NCBI GenBank assembly: GCA_963767925.1
Contig: CAVYGB010000008.1
Span: 2,400,001 to 2,464,000, forward strand
Length of the DNA: 64,000 bases
Direction of reading: 5' to 3'
Source of the DNA: an uncultured delta proteobacterium
GTDB lineage: Bacteria > Myxococcota_A > Polyangia > Fen-1088
In this document: one piece after another, positions 13,274 through 26,786 of the stretch
How positions within the stretch are numbered: the first letter of the stretch is position 1
Layout: each line of letters begins with the position of its first letter
Program-made: the position numbers and the translations under genes
The notes under the pieces: model-generated
Database searches by the model: none
What the model was told of the DNA's origin: nothing
The model's input: the letters and a program-made list of their open reading frames with translations, nothing else

Positions 13274-14311
13274 GCGAGCGCCTCCCCGCGGGGCTCCCCG
13301 TCCGCCTTCCGCCGCGACCCGCACCGGCCGGCCGCTGGCCCCGGGCGCTCGCCAGCGCCAGCGCGCTGGCCGCCCTGGCCCTGGCCACCCTGCTCGCGCC
13401 GCCCGCGCGGGCCCAGGGGGCGGCCCAGAAGGTCGCGGTCCTGGTGCTGGGCGCCTCCGAGAGCGACGCCGAGCTGGCCGACAACGTCACCGAGATGGTG
13501 ATCGCGGCGGTGGCCCGGCGGGGCGGCGTCGAGGTGGCGGGCAAGGAGGAGTTCCGCGCGCGCCTGGGCGTCACCAGCGAGCGGCGCGCGCAAACCTGCC
13601 TCGAGGAGATCACCTGCGTGGGCCGCACCGCGGTCTCGCTCGGCGTGCGGCGGATCGTCACCGGCACCGTGGGACAGCGCGACCGGCAGTTCCTGTTCAG
13701 CCTGAACCTGCACGACGTCGAGGTGGGCAAGGTGGAGAACCGGGTCTTCCGCCTGATCGAGGGGACCCTCGACGACCTCATCCGCGCGGTCGAGGCCGGC
13801 TGTCAGGAGCTCTTCCGGCCGCGCAGTCGAGCCGGGGCGGATCCAGGTGGCCTCCATCCCGCCCGGCGCCCGGGTGGCCATCGACAACGCCTACCTGGGC
13901 GTCACCCCCCTCATCTCGGGGACCTTGTTGCCGGGGGCCCACCGCGTGCGGGTCGAGGCCGACGGCCGCTTCCCCTGGACCTCCCAGGTCGACGTGCGGG
14001 CGGGCCAGGACCTCGGCATCAACCTGACCGAGGCCAATCTGCCCCGCCGCCGGCGCTGGCCGGGCCACGCCGCCTACGGCAGCGCGGGGCTGGCGGCGGC
14101 GGCCGCGGCGGCCGGCGGGTTCCTCGGCGTCCTGTCGCAGGTCAACCCGTCCGGTGAGACGCGCGAGGCGGCGCAGCGCGATCTGTCGCAGAAACGGGAC
14201 CTGGCCGTCGCCTCGACAACCGCCTTCGTCAGCGCCGGCGCGCTCGGCCTCCTGAGCGGCGTCCTCTTTCTCGTTTACCAGGACGACATCTTCGGCCACC
14301 AGGATCCCTGA
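13249..14311 (+). CDS. PEGA domain-containing exported/membrane protein; frameshift near 13826; start uncertain
   Basis: Signal-like ALAALALATLLAPPARA, CsgG/TolB_N-like alpha/beta region, SIPPGARVAIDNAYLGVTP...PGAHRVRVE (PEGA), two C-terminal hydrophobic segments. Confidence 0.75.
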
Positions 14312-14361
14312 CGGTTCGCCCGGGCCCGCCGCGCTGGCGGTGTTATGGTGCGCCCGCGTAC

Positions 14362-15579
14362 GTGAGCTGGTTGTCTGAATGCCGGGCGCTCGACCGGCGG
14401 GTCTGGGCGCTGGCCGCCGCCCGCCTCATCGTCACCGCCGGCTACTCGATGGTGATGCCCTTCCTGGCGATGCACCTGGCGGTCGATCGCCTGGTGCCCG
14501 TGACGATCGTTGGCGCGATCTGGCTGGTGGCGGGCGGCCTGGGCGCCCTGGCGCAATGGCTGGTGGGCGAGCTGGCCGATCGGGTGGGCCGGCGGTCGCT
14601 CATGCTCGGCGCGATGCTGGCCCGGGCGGCCAACCTGGCCGGCCTCGGCGCGGCCATCGCAGCCAGCGCCCCCTGGCCGGTGATCGCGGTGCTGACCGTG
14701 CTCAACGCCGTCTTGCGGGGCTTCTTCGAGCCGCTGGCCACCGCCCTCGTCGCCGACGTGGTTCCCCCCGAGCGCCGGGTGGCCGCCTACTCCTTGCAGC
14801 GGGTGGGGCTCAACGTGGGCTGGGCGGCGGGACCGGCGGTGGCCGCGCTGGCGGCGGGCGTGGGCTACGCCCACCTGTTCTACGCGGGCGCCCCCCTCAC
14901 CCTGCTGGCGGCAGCCGGCATCTGGCGCATCCGCGAGCCGGCCCGCACCCGCAGCCAGCGGGCCTTCACCGTCGCCGAGCTGCTCGCCTTCACCCGCGAC
15001 CGGACCCTGCTGCGCCTGCTTTTGTGCACGCTGGCGTTTTTCATCCTTCAGGTGCAGATGTTCCAGACGCTTTCGATCTACTCGGCGAAAGTGTTACACC
15101 TGAGCCGCGCCGAGGTCGGCAGCTTCTACACCCTGAACGGAATCCTGGTTGTTCTCCTCCAGCTACCCGCCGTCCATGCCATCGTCCGACTCGGGACCCG
15201 CCGGGCCCTCATCGTCGGCGCCCTCGTCTATTCGGGCAGCTACGCCGCCGTCGGGCTCGCCAGCGGGTACCTCGGTCTCCTGCTCTGCATCGCCGGCGTC
15301 ACGCTCGCCGAGATCGTCAGCTCGCCCGCGCAGCAGACGACCATCACCGCGCTCGCGCCGGCCGATCGGATCGGGGCCTACACCGGCCTGTTCGGTCTCT
15401 GTCAGGCGGTCGGACAGTCGTGTGGTCCCCTCATCGGCGCAGCGCTTCTGGACGTCCTTCCGTCGCGCAGCGCGTGGTTCGTGCTCGCAATGTTCGGAAT
15501 GGCGGCTGCCTTCGGTTACCGCCGCTTGCCGGGTGCCAGAGCCACGGACAAGCCGCTTCTCAACGCGCCCCAGCCGTGA
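14362..15579 (+). CDS. MFS transporter
   Basis: 405 aa, about 12 TM segments, motif A GELADRVGRR. Confidence 0.9.
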   Translation: MSWLSECRALDRRVWALAAARLIVTAGYSMVMPFLAMHLAVDRLVPVTIVGAIWLVAGGLGALAQWLVGELADRVGRRSLMLGAMLARAANLAGLGAAIAASAPWPVIAVLTVLNAVLRGFFEPLATALVADVVPPERRVAAYSLQRVGLNVGWAAGPAVAALAAGVGYAHLFYAGAPLTLLAAAGIWRIREPARTRSQRAFTVAELLAFTRDRTLLRLLLCTLAFFILQVQMFQTLSIYSAKVLHLSRAEVGSFYTLNGILVVLLQLPAVHAIVRLGTRRALIVGALVYSGSYAAVGLASGYLGLLLCIAGVTLAEIVSSPAQQTTITALAPADRIGAYTGLFGLCQAVGQSCGPLIGAALLDVLPSRSAWFVLAMFGMAAAFGYRRLPGARATDKPLLNAPQP

Positions 15580-15639
15580 TGTATCATCGACCGTTCCGGC
15601 GCCTTCGAGGCTGTCGGATGCCACGCCATCGGAGAAGGA

Positions 15640-16665
15640 ATGAGCCGCATCGAACGGGAAGTCCTCCAGGTCCAAGAGAAAACCAAGCTGCTCGAGTATT
15701 ACCGGCAAATGCTGGCGATCCGCCGCGTCGAGGAGGCCTCTGCCAAGGCTTACTCCCAGGGCAAGATCGGCGGCTTTCTGCACCTCTACATCGGGCAGGA
15801 GGCGGTCGCGGTCGGCGCGGTCGCGGCCCTGAAACCCGAGGACTACGTCATGACCTCCTACCGCGATCATGGCCACGCCTACGCCAAGGGCATGTCGGCC
15901 CGGACGATCATCGCCGAGCTGTTCGGCAAGGAGACCGGCTGCTCGAAGGGCCTTGGCGGCTCGATGCACTTCTTCGACGCCAAGAACAACTTCCTCGGCG
16001 GCTACGGCATCGTCGGCGGCCACCTGCCCGCTGGCCGCCGGGGTGGCCTTCGCCTCGAAGTACCGCGGCGACGGGCGGGTCACGCCTCTGCTTCTTCGGC
16101 GACGGCGCCGTGAGCCAGGGCGCCACCCACGAGGCGCTGCTCGCTGGCCGCCCTGTGGAAGCTGCCGGTCGTCTTCATCTGCGAGAACAACCTCTATTCG
16201 ATGGGCACCCCGCTGCACCGGTCGCTCTCGGTCGAGGACGTCTCGCAGAAGGCGCTGGCCTACGGCATGGCCCGCGACCGGTTCGACGGCAACGACGTCA
16301 TCAAGGTGCGCGATCGCATCGCCGATGCGGTCCGCCGCGCCCGCTACGAATCGCAGCCGACCCTCATCGAGATCCGCTGCTACCGCTACCGCGGCCACTC
16401 CATGTCCGACCCTGGTCTGTACCGGACCAAGGAAGAGGTCGAGGAGTACAAGAAGCAGCGACTGCCTCTACATCGCCCAGCAGTACCTGGAGAAGCTGGG
16501 GTCCGACCACAAGGAGCTCGAGGCCATCGAGGAGAGCGTCAAGGCCGAGGTCGAAGACGCCGTGAAGTTCGCCGAGGAGAGCCCGGTGCTCCCCGCCGAC
16601 CGCCTCGAAGAGTTCAACTACGTCGAGCAGTTCGCCTACGCTCGCAGAACCGGGACCTTCAGAGG
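15640..16665 (+). CDS. pdhA: Pyruvate dehydrogenase E1 alpha (frameshifted; stop codon not resolvable, end approximate)
   Basis: [51 protein letters not shown]. Confidence 0.92.
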
Positions 16666-16677
16666 AGCAGTCCGTAC

Positions 16678-17661
16678 ATGCCCGTCGTGCAGATATCGCG
16701 AAGCGCTCAACCAGGCCATGTCCGAGGAGATGGAGCGCGACGAGAACGTCTTTCTCATGGGCGAGGAGGTCGGCCACTACAACGGCGCCTACAAGGTGTC
16801 GCAGGGGATGCTCAAGCGCTTCGGGGAGAAGCGGGTCATCGACACGCCCATCACCGAGAACGGCTTCGCCGGGCTCGGCATCGGCGCCGCCATGGTGGGG
16901 CTGCGCCCGATCATCGAGTTCATGACCTGGAACTTCTCGCTGGTGGCGGCCGATCAGCTCATCAACAACGCCGCCAAGATCCGCCAGATGTCGGGCGGGC
17001 AGTTCAAGGTGCCGATCGTCTTCCGGGGCCCCGGCGGCGCCGCCCACCAGCTCGGCGCCCAGCACAGCCAGGCGCTCGAGTCGCATCTGGACGCCACATC
17101 CCCGGGCTCAAGGTGGTCACGCCGTCCGACCCCAACGACGCCAAGGGTCTGCTGAAGAGCGCCATCCGCGACGACAACCCCATCGTGTTCATCGAGGGCG
17201 AGGTCATCTACGGCGACCAGGGCGAGGTGCCCGAGGGCGAGTACACGATCCCGATCGGGGTGGGCGAGATCAAGCGCGAGGGCACCGACTGCACCATCAT
17301 CGGCTGGTCCAAGATGGTCAAGGTGGCCCTGAAGGCGGCCGAGGCGCTGGCCGCCGAGGGGATCGAGGCCGAGGTGCTCGACCCCCGCACCCTGCGCCCG
17401 CTCGACGAGGAGCTGATCGTCCAGTCGGTCAAGAAGACCGGCCGGGTCATCATCCTCGAGGAGGCTGGCCCTTCAACGGCGTGGGCGCCGAGATCGCCTA
17501 CCGGATCTCAGCGCCGCTGCTTCGACGATCTCGACCACCCGGTCGAGCGGCTCACCAGCCTGGACGTCCCCGCGCCCTACAACCGCCAGGTCGAGGCCTC
17601 GATCCGCCCCGATCCCGAGAAGGCCGCCAAGCTCGTCAAGAAGGTCCTCTACCTCGAGTAG
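16678..17661 (+). CDS. pdhB: Pyruvate dehydrogenase E1 beta (frameshifted)
   Basis: [54 protein letters not shown]. Confidence 0.92.
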   Translation: MPVVQISRSAQPGHVRGDGARRERLSHGRGGRPLQRRLQGVAGDAQALRGEAGHRHAHHRERLRRARHRRRHGGAAPDHRVHDLELLAGGGRSAHQQRRQDPPDVGRAVQGADRLPGPRRRRPPARRPAQPGARVASGRHIPGLKVVTPSDPNDAKGLLKSAIRDDNPIVFIEGEVIYGDQGEVPEGEYTIPIGVGEIKREGTDCTIIGWSKMVKVALKAAEALAAEGIEAEVLDPRTLRPLDEELIVQSVKKTGRVIILEEAGPSTAWAPRSPTGSQRRCFDDLDHPVERLTSLDVPAPYNRQVEASIRPDPEKAAKLVKKVLYLE

Positions 17662-17751
17662 CTCGGCTGCCCCGCCCGGCCGGCGCCCCTGGCGCCGGCA
17701 ACGGACCGGTACGCGCCGGCGACACCCCGTCAGACCAGCAAGGAATCCCGA

Positions 17752-19196
17752 ATGGCTCAGCTCCTGGAAATGCCGAAGCTCTCCGACACCATGAAGGAGG
17801 GCGTCCTCCGCAAGTGGCAGAAGAAGGAGGGCGACAAGATCGCCCCCGGTGAACTCGTGCGCCGAGGTCGAGACCGACAAGGCCACCATGGACTTCGAGT
17901 CGTTCGACGAGGGGGTGCTGCTCAAGCTGCTGGTGGCCGACGGCGCCACCGTGCCGGTGGGAGCGCCCATCGCGATCATCGGCAAGGCCGGCGAGGACAT
18001 CACCGCCGCCCTGGCCGAGGCGCGAGACGCAAGAAGGGCGCGGCTGTCGCTGCCGCCGGCGGCCAAGCCGGCCCCCGCGCCCGCCCCCGCCCGCCCAGGC
18101 GCCCGCGCCAGAGCGCACCCGCGCCGGCGCCGGCACCCCGGCGCCGGCCCCCGCCGCCGAAGGCGGCGCCAGCCCCGGCGCCCCAGGCCCGACCGGCCGC
18201 CCGCCCCGACCGCGGTGGCGCAACGGCGCCAGCGGCAAGGTCCTCGCCTCGCCGCTCGCCCGCCGCCTGGCCACCGATCTCGGGGTCGACCTGCGCAGCG
18301 TGCACGGGCACCGGTCCCGGCGGCCGCATCGTCGAGCGCGACGTGAAGGCGGCGGCGGAGCGTCCCGCCCCCTCCGCGGGCGGCGCCCAGCGAGCGCCCA
18401 CCGACATCGGCAGCGCGCTGGCCGCGCAGACCCCCAGCGCCGACGGCGGCCTGCCCCACCCGCTGATCCCCGAGCGCCGGACCGAGACCCGTCCCGCCAG
18501 CGCCCCGGCCAGCAAGGAGGACCAGCTCCTCCCGCTGTCCCTGATGCGCAAGACCATCGCCCGCCGGCTGGTCGAGTCCAAGAGCCACGATCCCGCACTT
18601 CTACCTGACGGCCGACGTCGACATGGAGAGCGCCATGGCCTTCCGCGAGCAGGTCAAGGAGGTCCACGGGGCCAAGCTGTCGGTCAACGATCTGGTCATC
18701 AAGGCGGCGGCCCTGGCGCTGCGCCGGGTGCCCGAGGCCAACGCCTCGTTCAGCGACGAGGGGATCATCCGCCACGGCCGGGTCGACATCGGCATGGCGG
18801 TGGCCATCGACGACGGCCTGGTCACCCCGGTCATCCGCAACGCCGACGTCAAGACGCTGGGCCAGATCGCCACCGACGCCCAGGAGCTGGCCCTGCGCGC
18901 CCGCGACCGCAAGCTCAAGGTCGAGGAGATGACCGGCTCGACCTTCAGCGTGTCGAACCTGGGCATGATGGGCATCAAGGACTTCTCGGCCATCATCAAC
19001 CCGCCCGAGGCGCGCCATCCTCGCGGTCGGTGCGGTTCGCCGCGAGCCGGTGGTCAAGAACGACCAGATCGTGATCGGCCAGCGCATGTCGCTGACCCTC
19101 TCCTGCGATCACCGGGTGATCGACGGCGCCCTGGGGGCCCGTCTGGTTGCCGCCATCGTCGCCATCCTCGAGCGGCCCATCACCCTGGCCTTCTGA
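17752..19196 (+). CDS. pdhC: Dihydrolipoamide acetyltransferase E2 (frameshifted)
   Basis: [19 protein letters not shown] lipoyl motif, Ala/Pro linker, [24 protein letters not shown]. Confidence 0.92.
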
Positions 19197-19197
19197 C

Positions 19198-20605
<1,408 letters not shown>

Positions 20606-20614
20606 GGGCGGCCG

Positions 20615-21386
<772 letters not shown>

Positions 21387-21434
21387 CGTCGCCGCCTCTC
21401 AGAACCAGCAACCGGGCCCCCCCAGGGGAGAACG

Positions 21435-21764
21435 ATGAAGCGGATTGGCGTCACCATCGGCCTGCGCAAGGAGGCCCTGGACGAATACAAGCGGATCCAC
21501 GTCAAGCTGTGGCCGGAGATCGAGCGCGCGATCAAGGAGGCGGGGATCGCCAACTATTCGATCTTCTACAACGACGGGCAGCTCTTCGGTTACTTCGAGC
21601 ACCCGGGCCCGGACGCCGAATTCGCCGCGGCGATGAAGCGCCTGGGCGAGGCCCCCCGCATGCGGCAGTGGTGGGACGTGACCGAACCGCTGCAGGTCCC
21701 CCGGGCCGACCGCAGGCCCGGTGACTGGTGGACCGCCATGGAAGAGGTCTTCCACCTCGACTGA
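21435..21764 (+). CDS. L-rhamnose mutarotase (RhaM/DUF718) family; may act on L-fucose here
   Basis: EYKRIH..LWPE, GIANYSIF, LFGYFE, QWW, MEEVFHLD. Confidence 0.88.
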   Translation: MKRIGVTIGLRKEALDEYKRIHVKLWPEIERAIKEAGIANYSIFYNDGQLFGYFEHPGPDAEFAAAMKRLGEAPRMRQWWDVTEPLQVPRADRRPGDWWTAMEEVFHLD

Positions 21765-21773
21765 GACGACCAC

Positions 21774-22382
21774 ATGGCGCCCACCCGGAACAAGATCGCC
21801 CTGTTCGCCGCCGCCCTGGCCGTCGTCGGCGGGGTGATCGTGCTCGTCACCCGGGGCGGCGGAGACGGAGCGACGAGCGGGCCCTCCACCCCGGCGCCGG
21901 CCGCCGCCACGACAGCCGACGCCGCCCGGGTCGTCTACGACCCCACCAAGCTGGTGGAGAACGGCGTGCCGGCGGGCGAGGTCTTCCTGAAAGAGCCGCG
22001 CAATCCGGCCTGGGCCGACCTGGTCGAGGCGGCGATCGGCGACAAGATGCGCGGCGACCTCGCCCGGCTGGTGCCGGAGGCCTCCCTGCAGATCAACTGC
22101 AAGACGCTGAGCTGCCTGATCGGGGTCGACGCGCCCGAGGCCAAGCGGCCACTCGCCCTCGCTGTCCTGAAGATCATCATGCTCGGTCCCATCCTCGTCG
22201 ACTTCGACCCCGAGGAGGACGGGACGCACCGCTTCGCCTTCCTCACCGAGCCCCGGATGGCCGACCCTCAGGTTTTCGTCGAGTGGTATCAGCGCACCCG
22301 CAAGCGGGCCTTCGAGAACATCAAGTCCGGTACCCGCGAGAACCCCCTCCCCGTCGCCGCCGACCAGCTTCCCGACGAATAG
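21774..22382 (+). CDS. Hypothetical protein with N-terminal membrane anchor
   Basis: 202-aa ORF, GC-rich third positions, N-terminal hydrophobic helix, EPRNPAWA...CKTLSC. Confidence 0.7.
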   Translation: MAPTRNKIALFAAALAVVGGVIVLVTRGGGDGATSGPSTPAPAAATTADAARVVYDPTKLVENGVPAGEVFLKEPRNPAWADLVEAAIGDKMRGDLARLVPEASLQINCKTLSCLIGVDAPEAKRPLALAVLKIIMLGPILVDFDPEEDGTHRFAFLTEPRMADPQVFVEWYQRTRKRAFENIKSGTRENPLPVAADQLPDE

Positions 22383-22510
22383 CTCGGCGCGCGAGCGCGC
22401 GGGCGGGAAATCGCCGGGTAATCGGAGACCTGGGGCGAGCCCTGCCATGGATGTCTCGATCCGGTCGGGCCGAAGGCAGGGACCAGGCCCAGGCGGCCGG
22501 ACTCCGAGCG

Positions 22511-22526
22511 TGGCGCGCCTCTTGCT
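22511..22526 (+). promoter_or_regulatory. Sigma-54 (-24/-12) promoter
   Basis: TGGCGCGCCTCTTGCT matches TGGCRC-N5-TTGCW with exact GG-N10-GC spacing, 15 nt before the ATG at 22542. Confidence 0.7.
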
Positions 22527-22541
22527 GACGAGAAGGTCCGC

Positions 22542-24784
22542 ATGAAAACCGCGCTGCGGGCCCTCGCGCCCTCCCTGGTTCTCGTCAGCCTATCGGCCTG
22601 CACCGGCGCCTTCACGCCGCCGCCTCGCCAGCCCGAGCCGCCCGGTACCCCCGTCGCCGTGCGTCTGAACGCCGAGCAGCAGGCCGAGGTCGACCGACTC
22701 TCGGCGCTGACCGCCGAGACGCGCGCGCTCACCACCGAGCAGCTCCTGACCAGCCGGGCGGTGCCGTTTCGCGCCAGCCTGGGCTACGACCCGCTCTCCG
22801 CCGTGAACTTCGGCCTCATCCAGAGCTCGGCCCTGGCGCTGGTGGGCAACGAGCTCGAGCTGCTGGCAAAGAACGGCTTCGTCGTCTCGGACAAGCGGCG
22901 TTACCCCCACTTCGCCTACGGCTACAAGGCGATCTATTCGCAGGATCTGCCGGTTTTCATCTCGGCCGACTCCATCCTCCAGGCCGTGCACCAGTCCTAC
23001 GACGCCATCCTCGAGGCCCTGGAGCTCGCGGCGCTCGCGCCGGATCTACCCGCCTGCTGGTGTCGATGCGCGAGCGCCTGGCCGTGGCCCGCTTCGACGC
23101 CACCACCCGGCGGGACGCCGACCTGTTCCTGACCCTGGCCCTGTCGCTGCTGCAGGGGAGCGTCCAGGCCCCGGTGGCCGGGGCGAACGCCGCCGAGGTG
23201 GACAAGCTCTACCGGCTGGCCACCGCCGCCAGCGGGAGCGCGACGCTGGACCTGTTTGGTCTGGCGGGACGGGAGATCGACTTCTCGCAGTTCAAGCCGC
23301 GCGGCCACTACGCCGGCAACCCCCTCCTCGAGCCGTACTTCCGGGCCATGATGTGGCTCGGCCGCATCGACTTTCCTTTCCTCCACACCAAAGCCGTCAC
23401 CGGCCAGCCGGAGCTGGTACGCCGCTCGGTGCAAGCGGCGCTGGCCCTGCGCAGCCTGATGGACGCCGATGCCCGGTCGCGCTGGCAGCGGCTCGATGCC
23501 ACCGTGCGAGCCTTCGTGGGGGAGCCCGACTCGATGGCCCCGCCCGACGTCGATCGCCTGAAGAGCGATCTCGCTCTGGCGGGCGACGACCTGGGCGCCC
23601 TCTCCGACGACGCGGTGGCGGCGGCCATCGTGGCGGGGGCCTACGGGCGGCAGCGGATCCTCAGCCAGATCGTCCTGCAAGCTCCCCACGAGGGGACCTG
23701 GCCGCTCGATGCCACCTTCCTGTTCTTCGGGCAGCGCTACGTGTTCGATTCGCACGTGTTCTCGAACGTCGTCTACGATCGGGTCAACGTCGCCGCGGCC
23801 GGCGTGCCCAGGCGCATGATGGCCAACCCCCTGGACGCCGCCTACGGCGCGCTCGGGAACGACCAGGCCGCCGCGCTCCTGCGCGACGAGCTGACCCGCT
23901 ACCGCTATGCCCCCCAGCTCGAGGCGATCCGCCGCCTGGGCGACGCGCACGGGGCCACCTTCTGGGACGCCAACCTGTACAACGTCTGGATGGGCGCCCT
24001 CCGGACGCTCTCGCCCGGCCCCGAGGTGGGCCAGGACAGCTCGGGGCTGCCCGCGGTGGCCCAGACCGAGGCCTGGGGGCGACGCCTGCTCAACACCCAG
24101 CTCGCCTCCTGGGCGCAGCTCCGGCGCGACACAATCCTGTACGCCAAGCAGTCGTACACGGTCGGGGTGGCCTGCGAGTTCCCCGACGCCTACGTCGATC
24201 CCTACCCGGCCTTCTTCGCCCAGATCGAGAAGTTCGCGCGGACCGGCGGCGCCGTCGCCACCGCCCTGCCCGGGGCGGTCGAGGCGACCCTGAAGGGCCG
24301 CGTCTTGACCTACTTCGAAAAGCTGCGGGAGGTGGCGGGCATCCTGCGCGAGATGGCCGAGCACCAGCGCACGGGCCTGCCCCACAAACCCGAGCACATC
24401 GCCTTCGTGAACCAGGCCGTCGACCTGAACCTGGGCTGCGGCGGCCCGGCGGGGATCCGCGGCTGGTACGCCGACCTGTTCTTCCAGTCCGGGGACGCGG
24501 CCAGCTTCGACCCGACCATCGCCGACGTGCACACCCAGCCCACCGACGAGCTGGGCACCCCGGTGGGCCGCGTGCTGCACGTGGGGACCGGTTACGCCCG
24601 GCAGATGGTTGTCACGGTGCCGACCTGCATGGGACCACGGGCCTACACCGGGCTGGTCTCGTCGTACCACGAGGTCGTCACCGACAACCTCGAGCGGCTC
24701 GACGACCAGGCCTGGGCCACGCGCTTCCGCGACGCCGCCATCCCCGACGACGTCCCCTGGATGCGCGACCTCATCGCCCGATAG
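22542..24784 (+). CDS. DUF3160-family lipoprotein; frameshift near 23050
   Basis: Lipobox LSAC; NGFVV, PVFISADSIL, DFSQFKPRGHY, YFRAMMWLGR, ASWAQLRRDTILYAKQ, IADVHT. Confidence 0.85.
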
Positions 24785-24818
24785 CCCCTCGGCCCGGGGA
24801 GGTGCTAGAAACCGGCGG

Positions 24819-25499
24819 GTGGGAAAGCCTCCCGAACGGCCCGAGCCCCTGCTGGTCGCGCTGCACCGGGAGCGGCAGTTGACGCGCGACCACCTGGGCG
24901 ACGGTTACGCCAAGGGGTACCTGGAGGGGCCCGAGCTGGAGCGGCGGCTGGAGCTGGCCGAGCGGGCCACCTCCCTCGAGGAGCTGCGGACCTTGACCGC
25001 CGACCTTGTGGCGCATCCCCCCGCCCGGCCAGCGTCGGAGTCGCTCCCCACCCGGGAGCTGGCCACCGTCCCCGAGGAGGTGAAGGTGTCGGCGGTCTTC
25101 TCGGAGCTGCACAAGGCGGGGCCCTGGCGGCTGGGGCGCAAGACCCTGGTGCGCTCGCTGTTCGCCAGCACCAAGCTCGACCTGCGGGAGGTGCGCCTGC
25201 CCCCGGGCCTGACCGAGCTGCGGGTCAGCGTGACCTTCGCCGAGCTCGAGCTGGTGGTGCCGCCGGGCGTGGTGGTGGAGCTCGCCTGCCGGGCCACCTT
25301 CGCCGAGGTGGTCCAGGAGGGGGGCGACTTCGCGATCGACCCGGAGGCGCCCCGGCTGCTCATCACCGGGCGGATCCTGTTCGGCGCGATGTACGTCCGC
25401 GAGCGCATCGCCGGGGAGAGCCCCGCCGCCGCCCGCAAGCGCCTGCAGGGCTCCGCCGCGGCCCGGGCCCAGGCCCGCCTGCTCCCCCCCGGCCGCTAG
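24819..25499 (+). CDS. DUF1707 (SHOCT-like) plus LiaF/DUF2154-like domain protein
   Basis: ER...LGDGYAKGYL...ELERRLE.A..A....EL..LTADL, then AVFS...GPW...LDLRE...VVPPG; GTG start chosen manually. Confidence 0.75.
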   Translation: MGKPPERPEPLLVALHRERQLTRDHLGDGYAKGYLEGPELERRLELAERATSLEELRTLTADLVAHPPARPASESLPTRELATVPEEVKVSAVFSELHKAGPWRLGRKTLVRSLFASTKLDLREVRLPPGLTELRVSVTFAELELVVPPGVVVELACRATFAEVVQEGGDFAIDPEAPRLLITGRILFGAMYVRERIAGESPAAARKRLQGSAAARAQARLLPPGR

Positions 25500-25532
25500 A
25501 GAGGCACCGAGCGCCAGCAGGCGCCCGGCCGT

Positions 25533-26783
25533 TCACTCGAAGCGAAGGGCCTCGACCGGGTCGAGGCGGGAGGCGCGCCAGGCGGGGTAGAGGCCGAAGA
25601 CAACGCCCACCAGGAGGGCGGCGCCGATGGCCACCGGCGGCGCCCAGGCCACCAGGTGGAAGGTCCAGCCGCCCAGCACCTTGTCGAGGACGCGGGCGGC
25701 GATCCAGGTCAGGCCCAGCCCGAAGGCCACCCCCAGGATGCCACCCAGGCCGGCGGTGAGGGTCGACTCGGCGAGGAACTGGGCCATGAGCTGGCGGCGG
25801 GGCGCTCCCACCGCCCGGCGGATGCCGATCTCCCGCGTCCGCTCGGTGACGCTCACGAGCATGATGTTCATGACGTTGATGCCGCCCACCACCAGCGAAA
25901 CGATGGCGGTGCCCAGCACGAGCAGCGAGATGACCATGAGGATCATGTCCTCCTTGCCGTCCTCCGTGTCCCCCTCGAGCTCGAAGTTCTCGATGCCGTA
26001 GTGGCGCCGCAGCAGGGTCTCCCGCACGACGCTGCGGACGGTGCCGATCCGCCCGGCGAAGTCGGAGAGGTCGGCCAGGCGCACGAAGATGCGGTGCAGG
26101 CCGGCCCGCTTCTCGGCGGGCGCGGTGTTGGCGCTCATGGTCGTCTCGGGCACGAGGATGCGCCCGTCCCACTGCCAGGGGCCGTCTCCCCCGCCGAAGG
26201 TCGGCTTGTGGGCCATCACGCCGATGACCACGTAACGCTGGTCCCCGTCGCTCACGGTGAGGTTGTCGAGGGAGTCGGTGCTCTCGAGCAAGTCGGTCCA
26301 CACCTTGTGGCCGACAACTGCCACCGGGCGCCGCTCGTGCACCTCCTGCTCGTTGAAGAAGCGGCCCTGCTGCAGGCGCAGGTGGTAGAGGTCGAGGGCG
26401 TCGGGGCGGGTGCCCACGATGGCCACCTGCTTCTTGTTGCGCTTCCAGTAGACCATGGCCCACTTGCGGCGTTGCCCCACCACCCGGGCGTCGGCCAGCA
26501 GGGCCGACTCGTCGAGGTTCGTCACGTCACCCCCGTCGAGCTCGCGGGTGGTGCGGAACCGGTCCCGCGCCTTGGGCGGGGGGTTGCGCTCGATCTCGAT
26601 CAGGTCTTCCTCCTCGGCCGCGCGCGAGGCCATCACCAGCGCCTCCTGCCCCGCCGCCAGCAACCCCGACAGCAATACGAGCGAGGAGGAGCCGATCATC
26701 ACGCCGGTCAGGGTGAGGACGAAGCGCAGGCGGTTGGCCCGGAACGAGTCCGCCACCCCCCGGAACGTCTCGCGCCACACCAT
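25533..26783 (-). CDS. MacB/FtsX-type ABC transporter permease
   Basis: NRLRFVLTLTGVMIG, GRFF, VGGINVMNIMLVSVTERTREIGIRRAVGA, PAWRASRLDPVEALR. Confidence 0.92.
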   Translation of the reverse strand: MVWRETFRGVADSFRANRLRFVLTLTGVMIGSSSLVLLSGLLAAGQEALVMASRAAEEEDLIEIERNPPPKARDRFRTTRELDGGDVTNLDESALLADARVVGQRRKWAMVYWKRNKKQVAIVGTRPDALDLYHLRLQQGRFFNEQEVHERRPVAVVGHKVWTDLLESTDSLDNLTVSDGDQRYVVIGVMAHKPTFGGGDGPWQWDGRILVPETTMSANTAPAEKRAGLHRIFVRLADLSDFAGRIGTVRSVVRETLLRRHYGIENFELEGDTEDGKEDMILMVISLLVLGTAIVSLVVGGINVMNIMLVSVTERTREIGIRRAVGAPRRQLMAQFLAESTLTAGLGGILGVAFGLGLTWIAARVLDKVLGGWTFHLVAWAPPVAIGAALLVGVVFGLYPAWRASRLDPVEALRFE

Positions 26784-26786
26784 GGT

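Noticed and set aside
15869..17155. Apparent PdhA-PdhB fusion ORF
   Set aside because: pdhB has its own GAGGAG RBS and ATG at 16678; the read-through arises in an indel-rich stretch and is most likely an error
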